A stretch of 64,000 nt of DNA from positions 17,292 through 81,291 of IMG/VR virus record IMGVR_UViG_3300029959_000704; one strand, written 5' to 3'. A program made the position numbers and the translations under genes. Position 1 is the stretch's first letter; every line of letters starts with the position of its first letter. This document shows positions 44,516-57,300 of the stretch, in pieces. Under the pieces are notes generated by a model that searched no databases, was not told where the DNA came from, and worked only from the letters and a program-made list of their open reading frames with translations. The DNA is from a virus. Taxonomy: Duplodnaviria; Caudoviricetes.

Positions 44516-47500
44516 TTAATTATTAAATTGTTTATCTGTATATGTATAAACTCTTCGTGCTTGACTAAATCCAGGAGTAATGATACCAGTTTGTTTCACA
44601 AAATCTTCCCAACTAGAATCGTCCCAAGTCATTAAAAAGTTAGCTGCATCATATCCCCAAGTACCAATATGTTTTAAATACTGAGAAACTGGTAATAAAT
44701 TCTTATTTAATTTATCATATTCAACAGGATTAGCAAACATTAAAATATCAGTTTTAAGACGATTACCAAGATTTAATAAAGCAATGGCAGCTCTCTTTTT
44801 GTCATCATCTAAATCAGGCATAGCTGCTAATAATAATAACTTAGTCAAATATAACTGAATTACTAAAGATAATTCAACAATATTAGCTCTCATATTACGA
44901 GCATCTAATTCAGTCATTCTATCATCAAAAGCTCTGATAGGTTTGTATCCAGTTTTTAACCTACCATCTTTAGTATAGGCCTCCCTATATGAAACCCTAT
45001 TACCATTAGGATCAATAGCATATTTATATTGAGGTATAAATAAAATTTTTCGAATCAACATTTTAGTAGCATATAAACTATTCTCTAATGCAGTATAAGT
45101 TACATCAGGATTTTGGTTATTTTGACTGGCTTTCCATACAGATCCATAAGATCTCCAACGACCTTTGGTTTTAATACCTAATAGTTTATCATCCTTTTCA
45201 GCCCCCCATCTACGCATAAACATCTCAGGCATCCAAGTTCTATATTGAAACATCATTCTACCTATAGCAAACTTTTTACCATAAACTGGAGAATTTACAT
45301 TATAGTTACCATGGGTTTGATTTATCAACTGAGATACCTGCACTTGGTAAGCACTAATAGCCTCTTCATTAGTCATATCTTTAGATAAAAGATATCCTTC
45401 TTTAACATCACCATCTTCATTAAAAGCTTCCCACATAGAGATGTCCTCTCCTGCAGCATTATAAGCTGTTTTACTTCTCATTAATGCATATGCTAATGGA
45501 AGTTGATTCATCATTTCAGTTTTTTCAGTAATTTTAAATGGAGATAATGCTCTAAAGTTTTTCCAAAAATCAGATGTATTATTATACAATTCATTCTGAG
45601 CTTTTTGAGTAATATTTAATTTTCTATCTAAATTAATTACTTTTTTACCTATTTTAGTAGTTTTATTACCTATAATAGACATTACATCTTTATAAGCAAG
45701 AGATAAAGCTTTTGGATTAATTAAAGATGCTTCAGCTGATCTAGTGGCATTTTCCATAGAACCTACCATTAAGTTAACAACACCGGCAATTACATTATAA
45801 CCCATACCTACCAATTGACCATATTTTAAGAATCCATCTCCAATAGAAGACATACTTATAGTAGTTTGTAAAGATTTAGATTCCCTTTCAAATAATTCTT
45901 TATTTCTTTTATATTGTGCTTCAGATATTAAACCTTTATCAAAATTTTGTTGGTTATGTTCTAAAGCTACTTTTAGTCTTTCAAATTCCTTTTCATATCC
46001 TTTTACAACAACCTCTTTAATCTTACCTTCTACAGCATGTCTAGGCATCCCATAAAATATATCAGTAGTATAAGACATTAATTCACTAATATTTTTTAAT
46101 CCTTGCTGAGTTAAAGGTTGACCATAAATATCTACAGACCCCCTGGTACCAGCAGGTTTAACTGCTCCTTTTTGTAAAACAGCTACTTGAGCTAGATTTA
46201 ATACACTGGAAACAGCCGATTTATTTTTATAAGCCATGGCAGACCCAATATAAACTTTCATAATACTATTGATATCCCAAGATTTTTCTTGAGCTACTTC
46301 ATCTCTAATATCGCTACGCCATTTCAAAATCATTGCTCTAGAAGGTTCTCCTCCATTAGTACGAACATGCTCAGCAATTTTAGCCTGTAATCTAGTATTA
46401 ATTATTTTAGCAGTTTTATCTTTAAAAGCCATACTAGCAGATCTATTTATGGAACCAGTACTTAAATCCTCCTCACCAAATTCTATTTCAGATTGTATAC
46501 TTTCTGTAAATATACTTTGAACTAATTGCATTACACCGGAAGCTCCTACTTTTAATCCATCGTTAGCATACATTCCTAATAATTTATTTTTAATATATGG
46601 AAGACTATTAATTTGTAATTGTCTCCTATCCTCCTCAGGTAAATAAGATCTTACCTCTGCTAAAGTTTTAATAATTTCATTATAATATTCAAATAATTCT
46701 GGGTCAGCTTCTACTTTAGTATAATTAGAGTCATAATATCCAGTCTCGGACCCATCTTTATTAAATCTTCTAGGAACTGAAGTAATATAACTAGTTCTTC
46801 CTCTACCTATTGGTTTACCATTAGCCATAATCATTTTTTGATCAAGCATTCTATCTAAATCTAGATAAGGAGAATTAGTAGCTTCCCAAGTTAAAAGTAA
46901 AGCATCCTTTTCACCTTGACTAATATCGGTTCTATCTTGCACATTTAATTTAAATGCTTCTTTAGCTTCAAAATAAGCAGTTAATTTTTCACGTTGTTTC
47001 TCGTAATAATACATAAAACCTTTCTCACCAAGGTGTTTAATAAGCTCTTCTTTATGTAATTCTGACTCAGGAGTTAATTTCTCATTACCATTCTCATCAA
47101 ACAATAGCCTAATATCAAAAAAGATATTTTCTCTCCTAATCCAATCAAAGTAATCCTTCCATTTTGCTCCAGATTTATCAGATCTAGCTTCTGAATATAA
47201 AGCATTTCTTGCATCAAAATATTCTGGAGTAAATCTATAAATAAGATTGCCAGTTAATTTACCATTTTTTAATTTTTGTTTTAGAATATCATAATTATTA
47301 CCTAATTTATTTTTCACTTTTTTATAAAGTGCATCCATTTTATCAATTCTAGCTTGAGTCTCTCTTAAACTTTCTGCTTCGACTTTACGGATTGAAGTAG
47401 CTATAGCTTGCAATAAAGCATCATCTACTCTATCTAAACTTAATAAATATAGATGAGGAAATTGTATATCAGATAAAGCTTTTAGAATAACTTCTTTACT

Positions 47501-48364
47501 CAACTCTTTATCTTTTAAATTAGTCCTAACAAAATCAACAACTACATCAGCAGCTTTCTCCTCTACTATTCCTCCTAAAGCATCCATTTCAGATTTATAG
47601 TCGGCAAATCCCTTAATATGATTACCAGCCTCATCCTCAAATCCATACTTTAAACTATCCATTTGAAGTTCAACAGCTGTAAATAAAGGATTAGATTCGG
47701 CCATATTTGGAGTAAAATCTCCTACACTACTCCATAAATGGACCAATCTACGAGCCTCCTCTAAATCTTCTGATGACAAAGTAGGTTGTTTTAAAAGTTC
47801 TCTTACTCTGGCAATATCTTGTTCAGCAAAATCTCTTAATTGTTCAATTTGTTGCACATCTTTAAACGCATCATACTGTTCTTGATATTTATCTAATTGC
47901 TCTTCAAGAGTAAGTAAAGTTCTATTATAAGATTCTTTTAAAGAAGTTACTTTTGTATTTTTAATACGATCTTTTAAACGAAAGATTCTATTATTTAATT
48001 GTCTCATATTATGAAATAAAGTCTTCTTTACAATCAAAAATCGTTGAGTTTTTTCTTCAGCTACTCCAGACTCTACACCAGCTGCAGCCAATGCTTCATC
48101 AACATCTATATCTTTAAAACTTACTGTATCATAATTAACTCCAGATGCTTCATCTAATGAATAGAAAACTTCTTGTTGAGAAGATTCTTTTATATTTGAA
48201 TTAGTCATACCAGATAATTCTGATAAAGATGGCCATTTCTCTAGACCATTTTGTTCTTGCCAAACAGCTATACTAGCTTTAAGCAAAGCCTCTGGCATTG
48301 AATTGCCAGAAGCTGCTTTTAAAGATTGATACTCCGGAGAGTTAATGTTTATACAATGTGCCAT
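44516..48364 (-). CDS. Large virion (ejection/cargo) protein, crAss-like
   Basis: 1282 aa, helical, adjacent to the RNAP gene; C-terminal hydrophobic segments and FQYRTW motif. Role inferred from Crassvirales synteny. Confidence 0.7.
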   Translation of the reverse strand: MAHCININSPEYQSLKAASGNSMPEALLKASIAVWQEQNGLEKWPSLSELSGMTNSNIKESSQQEVFYSLDEASGVNYDTVSFKDIDVDEALAAAGVESGVAEEKTQRFLIVKKTLFHNMRQLNNRIFRLKDRIKNTKVTSLKESYNRTLLTLEEQLDKYQEQYDAFKDVQQIEQLRDFAEQDIARVRELLKQPTLSSEDLEEARRLVHLWSSVGDFTPNMAESNPLFTAVELQMDSLKYGFEDEAGNHIKGFADYKSEMDALGGIVEEKAADVVVDFVRTNLKDKELSKEVILKALSDIQFPHLYLLSLDRVDDALLQAIATSIRKVEAESLRETQARIDKMDALYKKVKNKLGNNYDILKQKLKNGKLTGNLIYRFTPEYFDARNALYSEARSDKSGAKWKDYFDWIRRENIFFDIRLLFDENGNEKLTPESELHKEELIKHLGEKGFMYYYEKQREKLTAYFEAKEAFKLNVQDRTDISQGEKDALLLTWEATNSPYLDLDRMLDQKMIMANGKPIGRGRTSYITSVPRRFNKDGSETGYYDSNYTKVEADPELFEYYNEIIKTLAEVRSYLPEEDRRQLQINSLPYIKNKLLGMYANDGLKVGASGVMQLVQSIFTESIQSEIEFGEEDLSTGSINRSASMAFKDKTAKIINTRLQAKIAEHVRTNGGEPSRAMILKWRSDIRDEVAQEKSWDINSIMKVYIGSAMAYKNKSAVSSVLNLAQVAVLQKGAVKPAGTRGSVDIYGQPLTQQGLKNISELMSYTTDIFYGMPRHAVEGKIKEVVVKGYEKEFERLKVALEHNQQNFDKGLISEAQYKRNKELFERESKSLQTTISMSSIGDGFLKYGQLVGMGYNVIAGVVNLMVGSMENATRSAEASLINPKALSLAYKDVMSIIGNKTTKIGKKVINLDRKLNITQKAQNELYNNTSDFWKNFRALSPFKITEKTEMMNQLPLAYALMRSKTAYNAAGEDISMWEAFNEDGDVKEGYLLSKDMTNEEAISAYQVQVSQLINQTHGNYNVNSPVYGKKFAIGRMMFQYRTWMPEMFMRRWGAEKDDKLLGIKTKGRWRSYGSVWKASQNNQNPDVTYTALENSLYATKMLIRKILFIPQYKYAIDPNGNRVSYREAYTKDGRLKTGYKPIRAFDDRMTELDARNMRANIVELSLVIQLYLTKLLLLAAMPDLDDDKKRAAIALLNLGNRLKTDILMFANPVEYDKLNKNLLPVSQYLKHIGTWGYDAANFLMTWDDSSWEDFVKQTGIITPGFSQARRVYTYTDKQFNN

Positions 48365-48366
48365 AC

Positions 48367-51300
48367 TTAACAGTTTTTATTTTGCCATTCCATCATAGAA
48401 CGAATTTGTTCTTTAATATCATTATTAAAATCATCCAAAGATACGGATTCTTTTTGAGATACCTCATCTATTGAGAAAGAAGTTATTTTAGAATTGTCCT
48501 TAAAGTCTTCATCAGTTGGTATAGAGAACTCTTCTTTAGATTTTTGAGTTATTATAAATCTATTTTTAAATTCTATTTCATTATGTATATCAACATTATT
48601 GATGTTTCTAAATATCCATCCTTTAGGAGCTAAAATTATTGTAGGAATTCCTAATTTCATACCAGCTTTAGCACCGGCTTCATCAAATCCAGTTTGCCCA
48701 CCAGTTCTAATGCTAGCAATTCTATTTTTTAAATTAGGAGATTCTAATACTGCTTTAAGTAATTCATAAGTAAATTCATCAACTTGTGCTTGAGTATATT
48801 TACCTTTCATAGTATAGATACCATTACCTGCAATATTTAAAGTCAATCCAAACATACCTGCATTTACTTTATTTAAAGAATCCACTATTTGATTTACCCT
48901 TTCAGAAGTAATTTCTAAACTATTTGCATCTACAGGAATATATTTTTTATTTTGAGATTCAACAGCTGATTTAGTTTTTACTTCACCTCGTGTATCAAAA
49001 TTAACTGCAATAGCTATCGTAGCATCTGCAGAAGCGTTTTTAACTGTTCTATCAGCATAATCTGATGAAGAAGATTCTTCAAAAGTAATATTCTCCATTT
49101 TAGGAACTGTAAAAGATGTTAACTTACCAGTTTTTACCCATTCTTCACTAAATAAAATATTATTAGGAGGAGTACCTGCTTTATTAAACATTTCTATCAT
49201 TTCCAATCCTGTATAACCATTTAATGATTTTTCTGTAGTATTCCTATAACCAATCTTAAACTCTTTAATTGGATTTTGTAATGCAACTGAGTATAATTTT
49301 TTAATACTATTTATTATTTCATCAGAAGATATAGATTTAAATCCATTATTTTCTTTAACTCTTAAATCTTTGGTTGGAAGTGCATAAGAGTTACCCTGTA
49401 ATCCTTCACCTTGGCCATAAATAGCTCCAAAATTATCTTTAGCAACTTTAGCTGCCCCAGCTCCATGTCTTCCCTCTGGATTACTACCAAAAACAAATAT
49501 AGTATTAGCTGTTAAAGTTATATTTCCTTTATAATAAGAAGGGGTTTGTTTACTAATAGAAGCAGCATTAATAGAAGTTGCTTTATCAACTGACTGATAA
49601 TTATCAATATACTTTTCTAGATAAGCAATAGCCTCTTTATTCATAGTAATTTCAAAATCACTTAATTTATCTTCTTTAGCATACTTGAGATTAGTTTTAT
49701 ACTGATCTAATGCTATAGCCACATCTTCCAAAGAAGGATTCTTTTCAATATACTTAGTTAGGAATCCATACTCGCCTTGAGGAACTACTATTTGAGATGC
49801 AGTTGCAGTAGTTGTCTTCTCTCCAATTACTAAAGTATCTAATATAGACATTACATTATCATCAATAAATTTTAATGTATCTTGAGTATTATTTAAGGAA
49901 ACTCCAAATATAGCTGAAAATATTTCCAATAAAATCTCAACTAATCTATTTTTATTAGAGCTTGTATTAATAAACTCTCTAAATTGCTGAGAACTAGTGA
50001 TAGCTGCAACAAACTCGTCTAAAGTACTAACCCCATGTTTAATCTCAATATCATTAATCTCTTCTAACTTAGCTTTAATACTAGTAAGATTTCGCATACC
50101 ATCTAATTTAGAAAGAGCTATTGTGATTTCCTTTGGTATAGGTTTACCATTTACATAATCTTTGACAAATTTTTGTAATAAAGCATGTGTTGCTTCATGG
50201 ACCATACTTGTAATAAAGTAATTTGCAGGTAACATTGTAGATACTTCAGGTAGAGTACTTCTAATTAAAATAGTACCATCAGGTAAATAAGCTCCCCTTG
50301 GAGTTAATCCATTAGGTGTTTTAATCATAGTATCAGGAGTTCTAACTTCTACAGCCGGATTAATACCATACTTTTCCATAGCTTCAATAAGTCTTTTAAC
50401 TATAGGACGAAGTGACATATTTTCAGCAGGAGATCCTGGGTTCATATCAGTAAGCATCATATGTAATGCACTTAATGTATATGTTTTATTTCCAGGAAAA
50501 TACTTATCAAGATAAGCTTGTCTTTCTGATAATCCACTATTTCTACTAACACCTTTTGAAGATTTAGTAAATCCTTTAACTGTTAATTTAAAATTAGCAG
50601 TTTGATTATGAATAAATTCAGATTGTGCAATAGCATCTTTTCCAACAGTAGCTTGATACTCTAAAACTTGTTTATATCTTAAAGTAGGAATTCTTTGATA
50701 AGTATTGTTCTCAGCATCATATAAGAATAATTCTGATTTACCACTACCAATATCCATTCTCATAATTCCAGGAATAACACCATCAAAGTAACTTACAAGA
50801 TTCTCAGAAGGAGTAAAATAAGTAAGAAATCCTTCTTCATCTACAAAATAATCTACTGTTTTTGATAAATACTTCAATGTCTCAGGAGTCATTTTACCAC
50901 TAACTGGAAATACTGCTTTTACTTTCTTAGGATTATGCTGCAAATACTGTAACATATATCCAGAAGTTGGACTTCCATAAAGTTCATCATTATTAAAATT
51001 AATATTATTAAATACTTTACCGGTACCAATATTAATTAAATATTGAATAGGTATATATCTAATATACTCGGAAGGACCTTGGGATCCTCCATTTAAATAT
51101 GCATTTTTTATTAAATCAATAGCTAAATCTCTACTTGAAAAAGTAAGAGTTTCTGCTTGACTACTTATAGATATTGGAGCATCCGCCATAAGTAATCTAG
51201 TAAAGTCATTATAAATATCTAACTCCTCAGAAGATTGTGCAACAGTTGCTTTATAAGTAATTAATGAAGGTAGTCCTTCTTGATTAAGAATGACTTGTAA

Positions 51301-54300
51301 TCTTCTTAAGAACTTATTATTAGTAATAATAGGATGATTTTGAGAAGCTAATAAATCTATAATACCAGCAAGTGAATATTTCCTGCCTGCTAAATTATAA
51401 CCATCTTCTTTAGCTTCATTACCAACATACTTCTTATCAATTAATAATCTTCTTCTCTCAGCATTAGGATTTGTTATTCCAAACGTTTGTGGTTTAGTAT
51501 ATAAATACCCTTTTAACCCTGAAAAGAATGATCTAGCCTCTTTTAAATATGCCTCTCCAACAGCATCAGTCTTTCCTTCCACTTCTAATAAATTAGTCAT
51601 AGCTTTTGTAAATGCATTATTTATATAAGGAAATAATGGATTACCATCAGTATCTTTGTAAATTTTTAATGAAGGCTCTAATACATATTTGGCTACATAA
51701 CCACGAATAGTATTTGGTTCAAAATCTAATAAATCTCCATTCTCATCATATTTATATATACCAATCAATGCTTCTGCATTTGTGATATTAGCAGATAAAG
51801 TTCCTAATTTCAAAATATCGTTGTATTTTTTAGAAGCTTCTAGAAATGATTTGCCAATTCCTTTACTACTAATATTTACAGCATTTTGAACTTTGAGAAT
51901 TTCTTTACCAGCTTCTCTTAATTTATTAAAAGTGATTAATGCATAATATTGAGCGTTATCATAAGTAGCTGCTTCTGTAGAATCTGTGGGACGTTCTTTA
52001 GCAACTAGATCTGTAAAGTACTCTGTACTCAGTTGCCCATAATCATGGATGACACTTTTATGCCATTGATCTTGATCATCCTTAGTAGCAAAAGCCTTTC
52101 TATCCAAAATAACCTTTAAAAGATTATTAATAATAGAATCTTCTACCTTAGGTTCATACTCTGCAAATGAACTTTGTTTTGATTTAAGCAATTGTACATA
52201 CTCAATTACAATAGGTTGATTAATAATAGATACTAATTCTTCTTCTGTAAAACCTAACATCGAACCTGCAGTTAGAGCATTAAAAGTACCATTATTGATA
52301 TTAAGAGCAGCCAGTGCCTGTAAACTTTCATCATCCACACTGGCATTCTGAAATCTTGACATAATAGAAAGTCTAGTAGTAGATCCATCTAATGTAGCTG
52401 GACTACTTAAATCTCCTACAGTTTTATGTTTATTAATGGTTACATTAAAAACATTTTTTCCATCTTTATTTAGATTAATATACCCTAAGTCAGCAGATTG
52501 TGCTGATGCTAAAAATACAATACCTGCAGAAAATACACCAACACCTTGTTGACCGGCAGTTGCATTTACATATTTTGTTCTTTGGTAAAGTGGTGATAAA
52601 GGATTAAATTGAACAGCATTAGATTTCTTTTCAGCAAATTTTGCAGCTAGAGATTCTAATTTACCATAACTTACAGTTTGAGTTCTTAATTTATTAGTTT
52701 CCGGATGAGCCATTACTTTAATATGTATGTCTAATAATTTATTAAAGTGTTTAGCCATAGTTTGCCTTTTAATTAATCTAGATTGAATAGTTGCCGCTAA
52801 TTCTTGTTCTTTAGTAAATTGTATATTATCAATATCATCTTCAGACACTTCTTGTTCTTCAGAAGATTGTGTTATATCTGGTTTAATCCTACGATTAGCC
52901 ATTTCCATATTAACAATTGCAGCCACTGCTTCTGGACTTAGATCTTCCAATTTTTGGAACTTTTTATCAATTGGATTATAAGCCATTTGATATAAGTTTG
53001 TATAGAGTTTATCCACGTCAAAGTCATAACCCATTTGAGCAATAAAGTCTCTTGCGGCTACAACCATTTCTTTCATTGACTCAGGTAAGAATCCTACAAT
53101 TTGTACAAGACCCATAGAAGATTGAGAAGATGTAGGAATTCTATAAGTAAATCCCTTTAATAATTCTTTAGGTACTGCACTAGTATCCAGGTACCACTTG
53201 CCCTCTTTTTGAATAGCATAATCTCTTACATTTATATCTTTTCCAAAAGGACTTTTTAAAGTAGAGGAAATTAAAATCTGTGCAGGCAACCATTCACCAT
53301 TAAGATTATTAGGATCTGTAGGTCTCATAGGAAGTAAATCTCCATTAAAATCCTCTGTAAATAAAGTATCTTCAATACTAGCAGTATTTTTAACATCCTC
53401 CCAAGATTTAATTCTATCATCTGCCTTACGATATCCCTCTTGTGGAGATAGAATAGTACTAATACCGGGAAGTTTAAGTTTACGAACTCTATTATCTACA
53501 ATAGATAATAATAGAGATTCCATTGAAGAATCTGCAGGTAACCCCCAAAGAGGATATCTTAATTTATTATTACTATCTAGACCAAGAGCTATGATATTAT
53601 TAATAGAATAGTTTCTACTAATAGCTTCTTCTCTAATTATTCGTAATACTTTTTCAGTATTTACTTTACCAGTTTTGTCATTATAATCAATTTCTTTTGC
53701 AAGATCTTCATAATATTTATTAAAAATTTCTTTATAAGTATCAAGATATTCTCTATTTAAAGCAGCTAATTCCGGATTATGTAATAATCCTGCAAATAGA
53801 AGTTCTCTTTGTTGAGTACCATCATTAATAGTTTCATGATCTTCTTTAAATGGGATCTCTTGTTGAATTCTAAAACCACTTCTATTAAGAATTAATATAG
53901 GAAGTTTTGATAAATTATCAGAATTAATATTACCATCTTTATCAAAAATTTCAACAGTTCCTACAGGAGTACCTACTTTAACAGCTGATGTAAATGCTAA
54001 TCTATCAATTTTATTATTAGGGTTACCTTTACTTTCCATTCTAACTCTTAATGCATCCAATTGAAGACCTTTTGTTAATTGAGGAATTAATGGAGTTGCA
54101 GCTGATTTAATATATAATCTAGATTCCATAGAAGCATCTAAATTATTTCCATAAGAAAGAGTTCTATTATGAACTTGTACTGGCTTATTAATAATAAGAT
54201 TAATGCCATTTAAAATTAAATCCAATTCTTTTTTAGAAAAATCATACTCTGTAGATTTAGGATGTTCTCCTTGAGCATTTAGTTTTTCCATCAACATATC

Positions 54301-57300
54301 ATACTGAAGCTTTGTTAACTTATTATATACAAACATTATTTTTAAATGCTCTTCTAAAGTTGTAAATTCAGCACCGTCAGTTGAAGTAATATTTTCATAA
54401 GACTTTAACTCAGCTTTTGATAAACCCATTCTCTTATACACATCCATTATCTCAGAAGATAATTTAGCATCTTTAGCAATAGCTACAGTATAATTGGTAC
54501 CTACTTTTGAAAAGTCTCCTTGTAATCCAGGAGCAGACTCTGCAGCTAGACGCTTACCAATATTATCAAATACAGACTTTGATAAAGCCATGTAATTCTT
54601 ATTAGCTAAAAAGTCAGCTTGTTTATTAGTATAGTAAAATGCAGGATCTGTTACAAACAACTGGAATAAGTTCATATTATGATACATGTAATTTGATAAA
54701 TAATCAAATGCCATAGTTTTAAATAACCTATCATTATATTCTTCAGTAGTTTCAGAATCTTCAATAGACACCTCTTCTCCTATTGCAACAGTGGATACTT
54801 TTTTAGGAACAATTTGTTGATAGTAAGCCAACATATCTGCATCTACTAAATCAAATTTACCAGTTTCTTTATTATATCCAAATTGAATATTTTTCCAATT
54901 AGTAAGTTGATCTTCAATACTCTTTTGCATAAAAGAATTTAATGCTTCTTGAACTACTGGAAATAACACTTCTACATTATTCATTCCGGTCTTTAACATT
55001 CTTTTACCATTAACCTCTTCAAACAAATCATCAATAGTATTAAGGGTAGGAACAAAATAAAATATTTGAGATCCTTCATCATAATGTGCAAGTGGTCCAG
55101 GTATAGCACCATTATTAGTTTTTTTCCTAAAATCTAACATTCTTTCAATTTCTGGCATAACTAATACATTTACCATATCCTTAAGTGTACCTTCAGGAAT
55201 TTGTCCATTCTCATCTAGATTAAATCTTGTTAATGGAACTTCCATAGTAGTCATTACAGTCTTGTTAGACATAGTTAAATAAAATAGTTGACCGGTTCTA
55301 GAACCACTCTCTTTAACACTTTTATTATTAAAGAAAAATGCTGATTTAATAGCATCATGTTCAGCCTCACCTAAATCTTGAAGACTTTTTTCACCAATAA
55401 ATTCTGATGCAATTTCTTTAATAGCATTTAAACTAATGTCATTTAACTTTAAAGCTTCAAAACTCGCAGCAGCTTCTACATTAATGGAGGCATCATTATT
55501 AAGTAATAATAATCCATCTTCATATATAAACTCATTAGTCCTTGGGTCATATTGAGCCAATATTCTAAGAAGTCTTGAATGTTTAGCAAATGGTAATTTT
55601 GATAATCTAGTTAATAATTCTCTATCTGACTTTAAAGCAGCCAATCTATCAAATGATTGATTAGTATCAGCGTATGAATTTATAGTTTTGTTACCAGCTC
55701 TATGAGAATTACTTAAGTTCATAGAGTTATATTTAGCTTCTAATTTAATCAAAGCTTTCATATAACCTCCTCCAAAAATATTAATATCATCCTCATCTTG
55801 ATCTAATTCAAGAGAAGCATTTAATATTTTACCATAAAGGTCCTCTATAATAACTCCTCCTTCTCCAAATAAAGCATTATATTGATAATGACTTCCATTA
55901 TAATAAAGGCCCTTTGAAATAATTTCCTCCATAGTACCATCAGATAGATAAATACCTAATGGAGTAAGAATATTATTCATTACCTTTTTTTGATCATCCA
56001 CTGTAGCAGCTGTAGTTGGAATAGTAACTCCTTTTGTTACCTGAGCTTTCTTTTTAGCTGCATCTGTAAATTGATATTTTCCAAACTTATTAATTTGAAC
56101 AAATTCATCATTTTGAACTAATCCATTAAACCAACTTTCTTGAATATTTCTTTCAATAGCATTAGAATTGGATCTCCATACTTTCATTTTATAAGATTCC
56201 TGTTGTTTCTTCCAAGCAAGAAATAGCATATTTACATATCTCTTATGCATTACAACTACAAAACCATTTCTTACAGACTCATCTTGTTCAGCAAGTTGTT
56301 TTAATAACGGAGAAATCCATGGGAAAATGGGAGCATACTGCTGTAATTTTGCAGCCATTACATCATAAGAAGGTTCTGTACCTTGTAATAATGCCATGGT
56401 CCTATCATAAATTTCATCAAAAGGATAACTTAATTGAACATTACCAATACCTTTTTCTTTACTAGGAACTGTAGATAAAGCTAATTTAAGTTTGGTAGAC
56501 ATTGTTAATCTATGATCTACTTGAAAAGTATAAGAATCTACAAAACGAGATTTCTCTGCATATCCTTCAGCTCCTTCTACAGCAATGTCTGTTTCAGAAG
56601 AATCTATTGAAGGTTCTAAAGAAGTGGATACACCAGCTCTTTCCTCAAAAGATTTTTTAACTAAAGCTTCAATATAAGGACGAGCTACCGGATTAATAAC
56701 TGAATCAATATAATCAACAGTGGTAAGTGCTTCTTTAGATAAAGCTTTTTCTCTTAAATTCATTAGATCTGAAAATCTGCTATCCAAAATAGCCCTCCAT
56801 TCTTTGGAAGTTAATTTATTATTAGGAGATTCTAAAAGAGCTCTAGATATCAATTCAACTAAAGTATTGATTTCCAAAGATTGTCTACTAGGAGATATTT
56901 TTTTAAAATCAGTGTCAAAGATACTAATACCTAACTGAGAATCATATAGACCTTGCATAGCCTGTAAATCTCTCAAAGATACCTCAGATGCTTCCTCTGA
57001 ATCTACAGAAAATGAAACTGTATTTTCTGGGAAGAAGCCATCTTCATCTATAGCCAATTCATTCTTATTAGGAAGTTGTTCTTTAACAGGAACAACATTT
57101 TCTCCAGAAGTTTCTTTTGTAGCATCTGTTTGAGTATTTTCAGTAATTTGTTCTAAAGGATTACTAAAAGAAGGATCAAACATATATGACCTTTGTTGTG
57201 TGTATATATATTCAGGCTTTTCCTCAGTACCAATATTTAATCCTAAAATATTAGTAGAAGTATTTCTTTTAACATAATCTGAATAAGCAATCGTTTCAGT

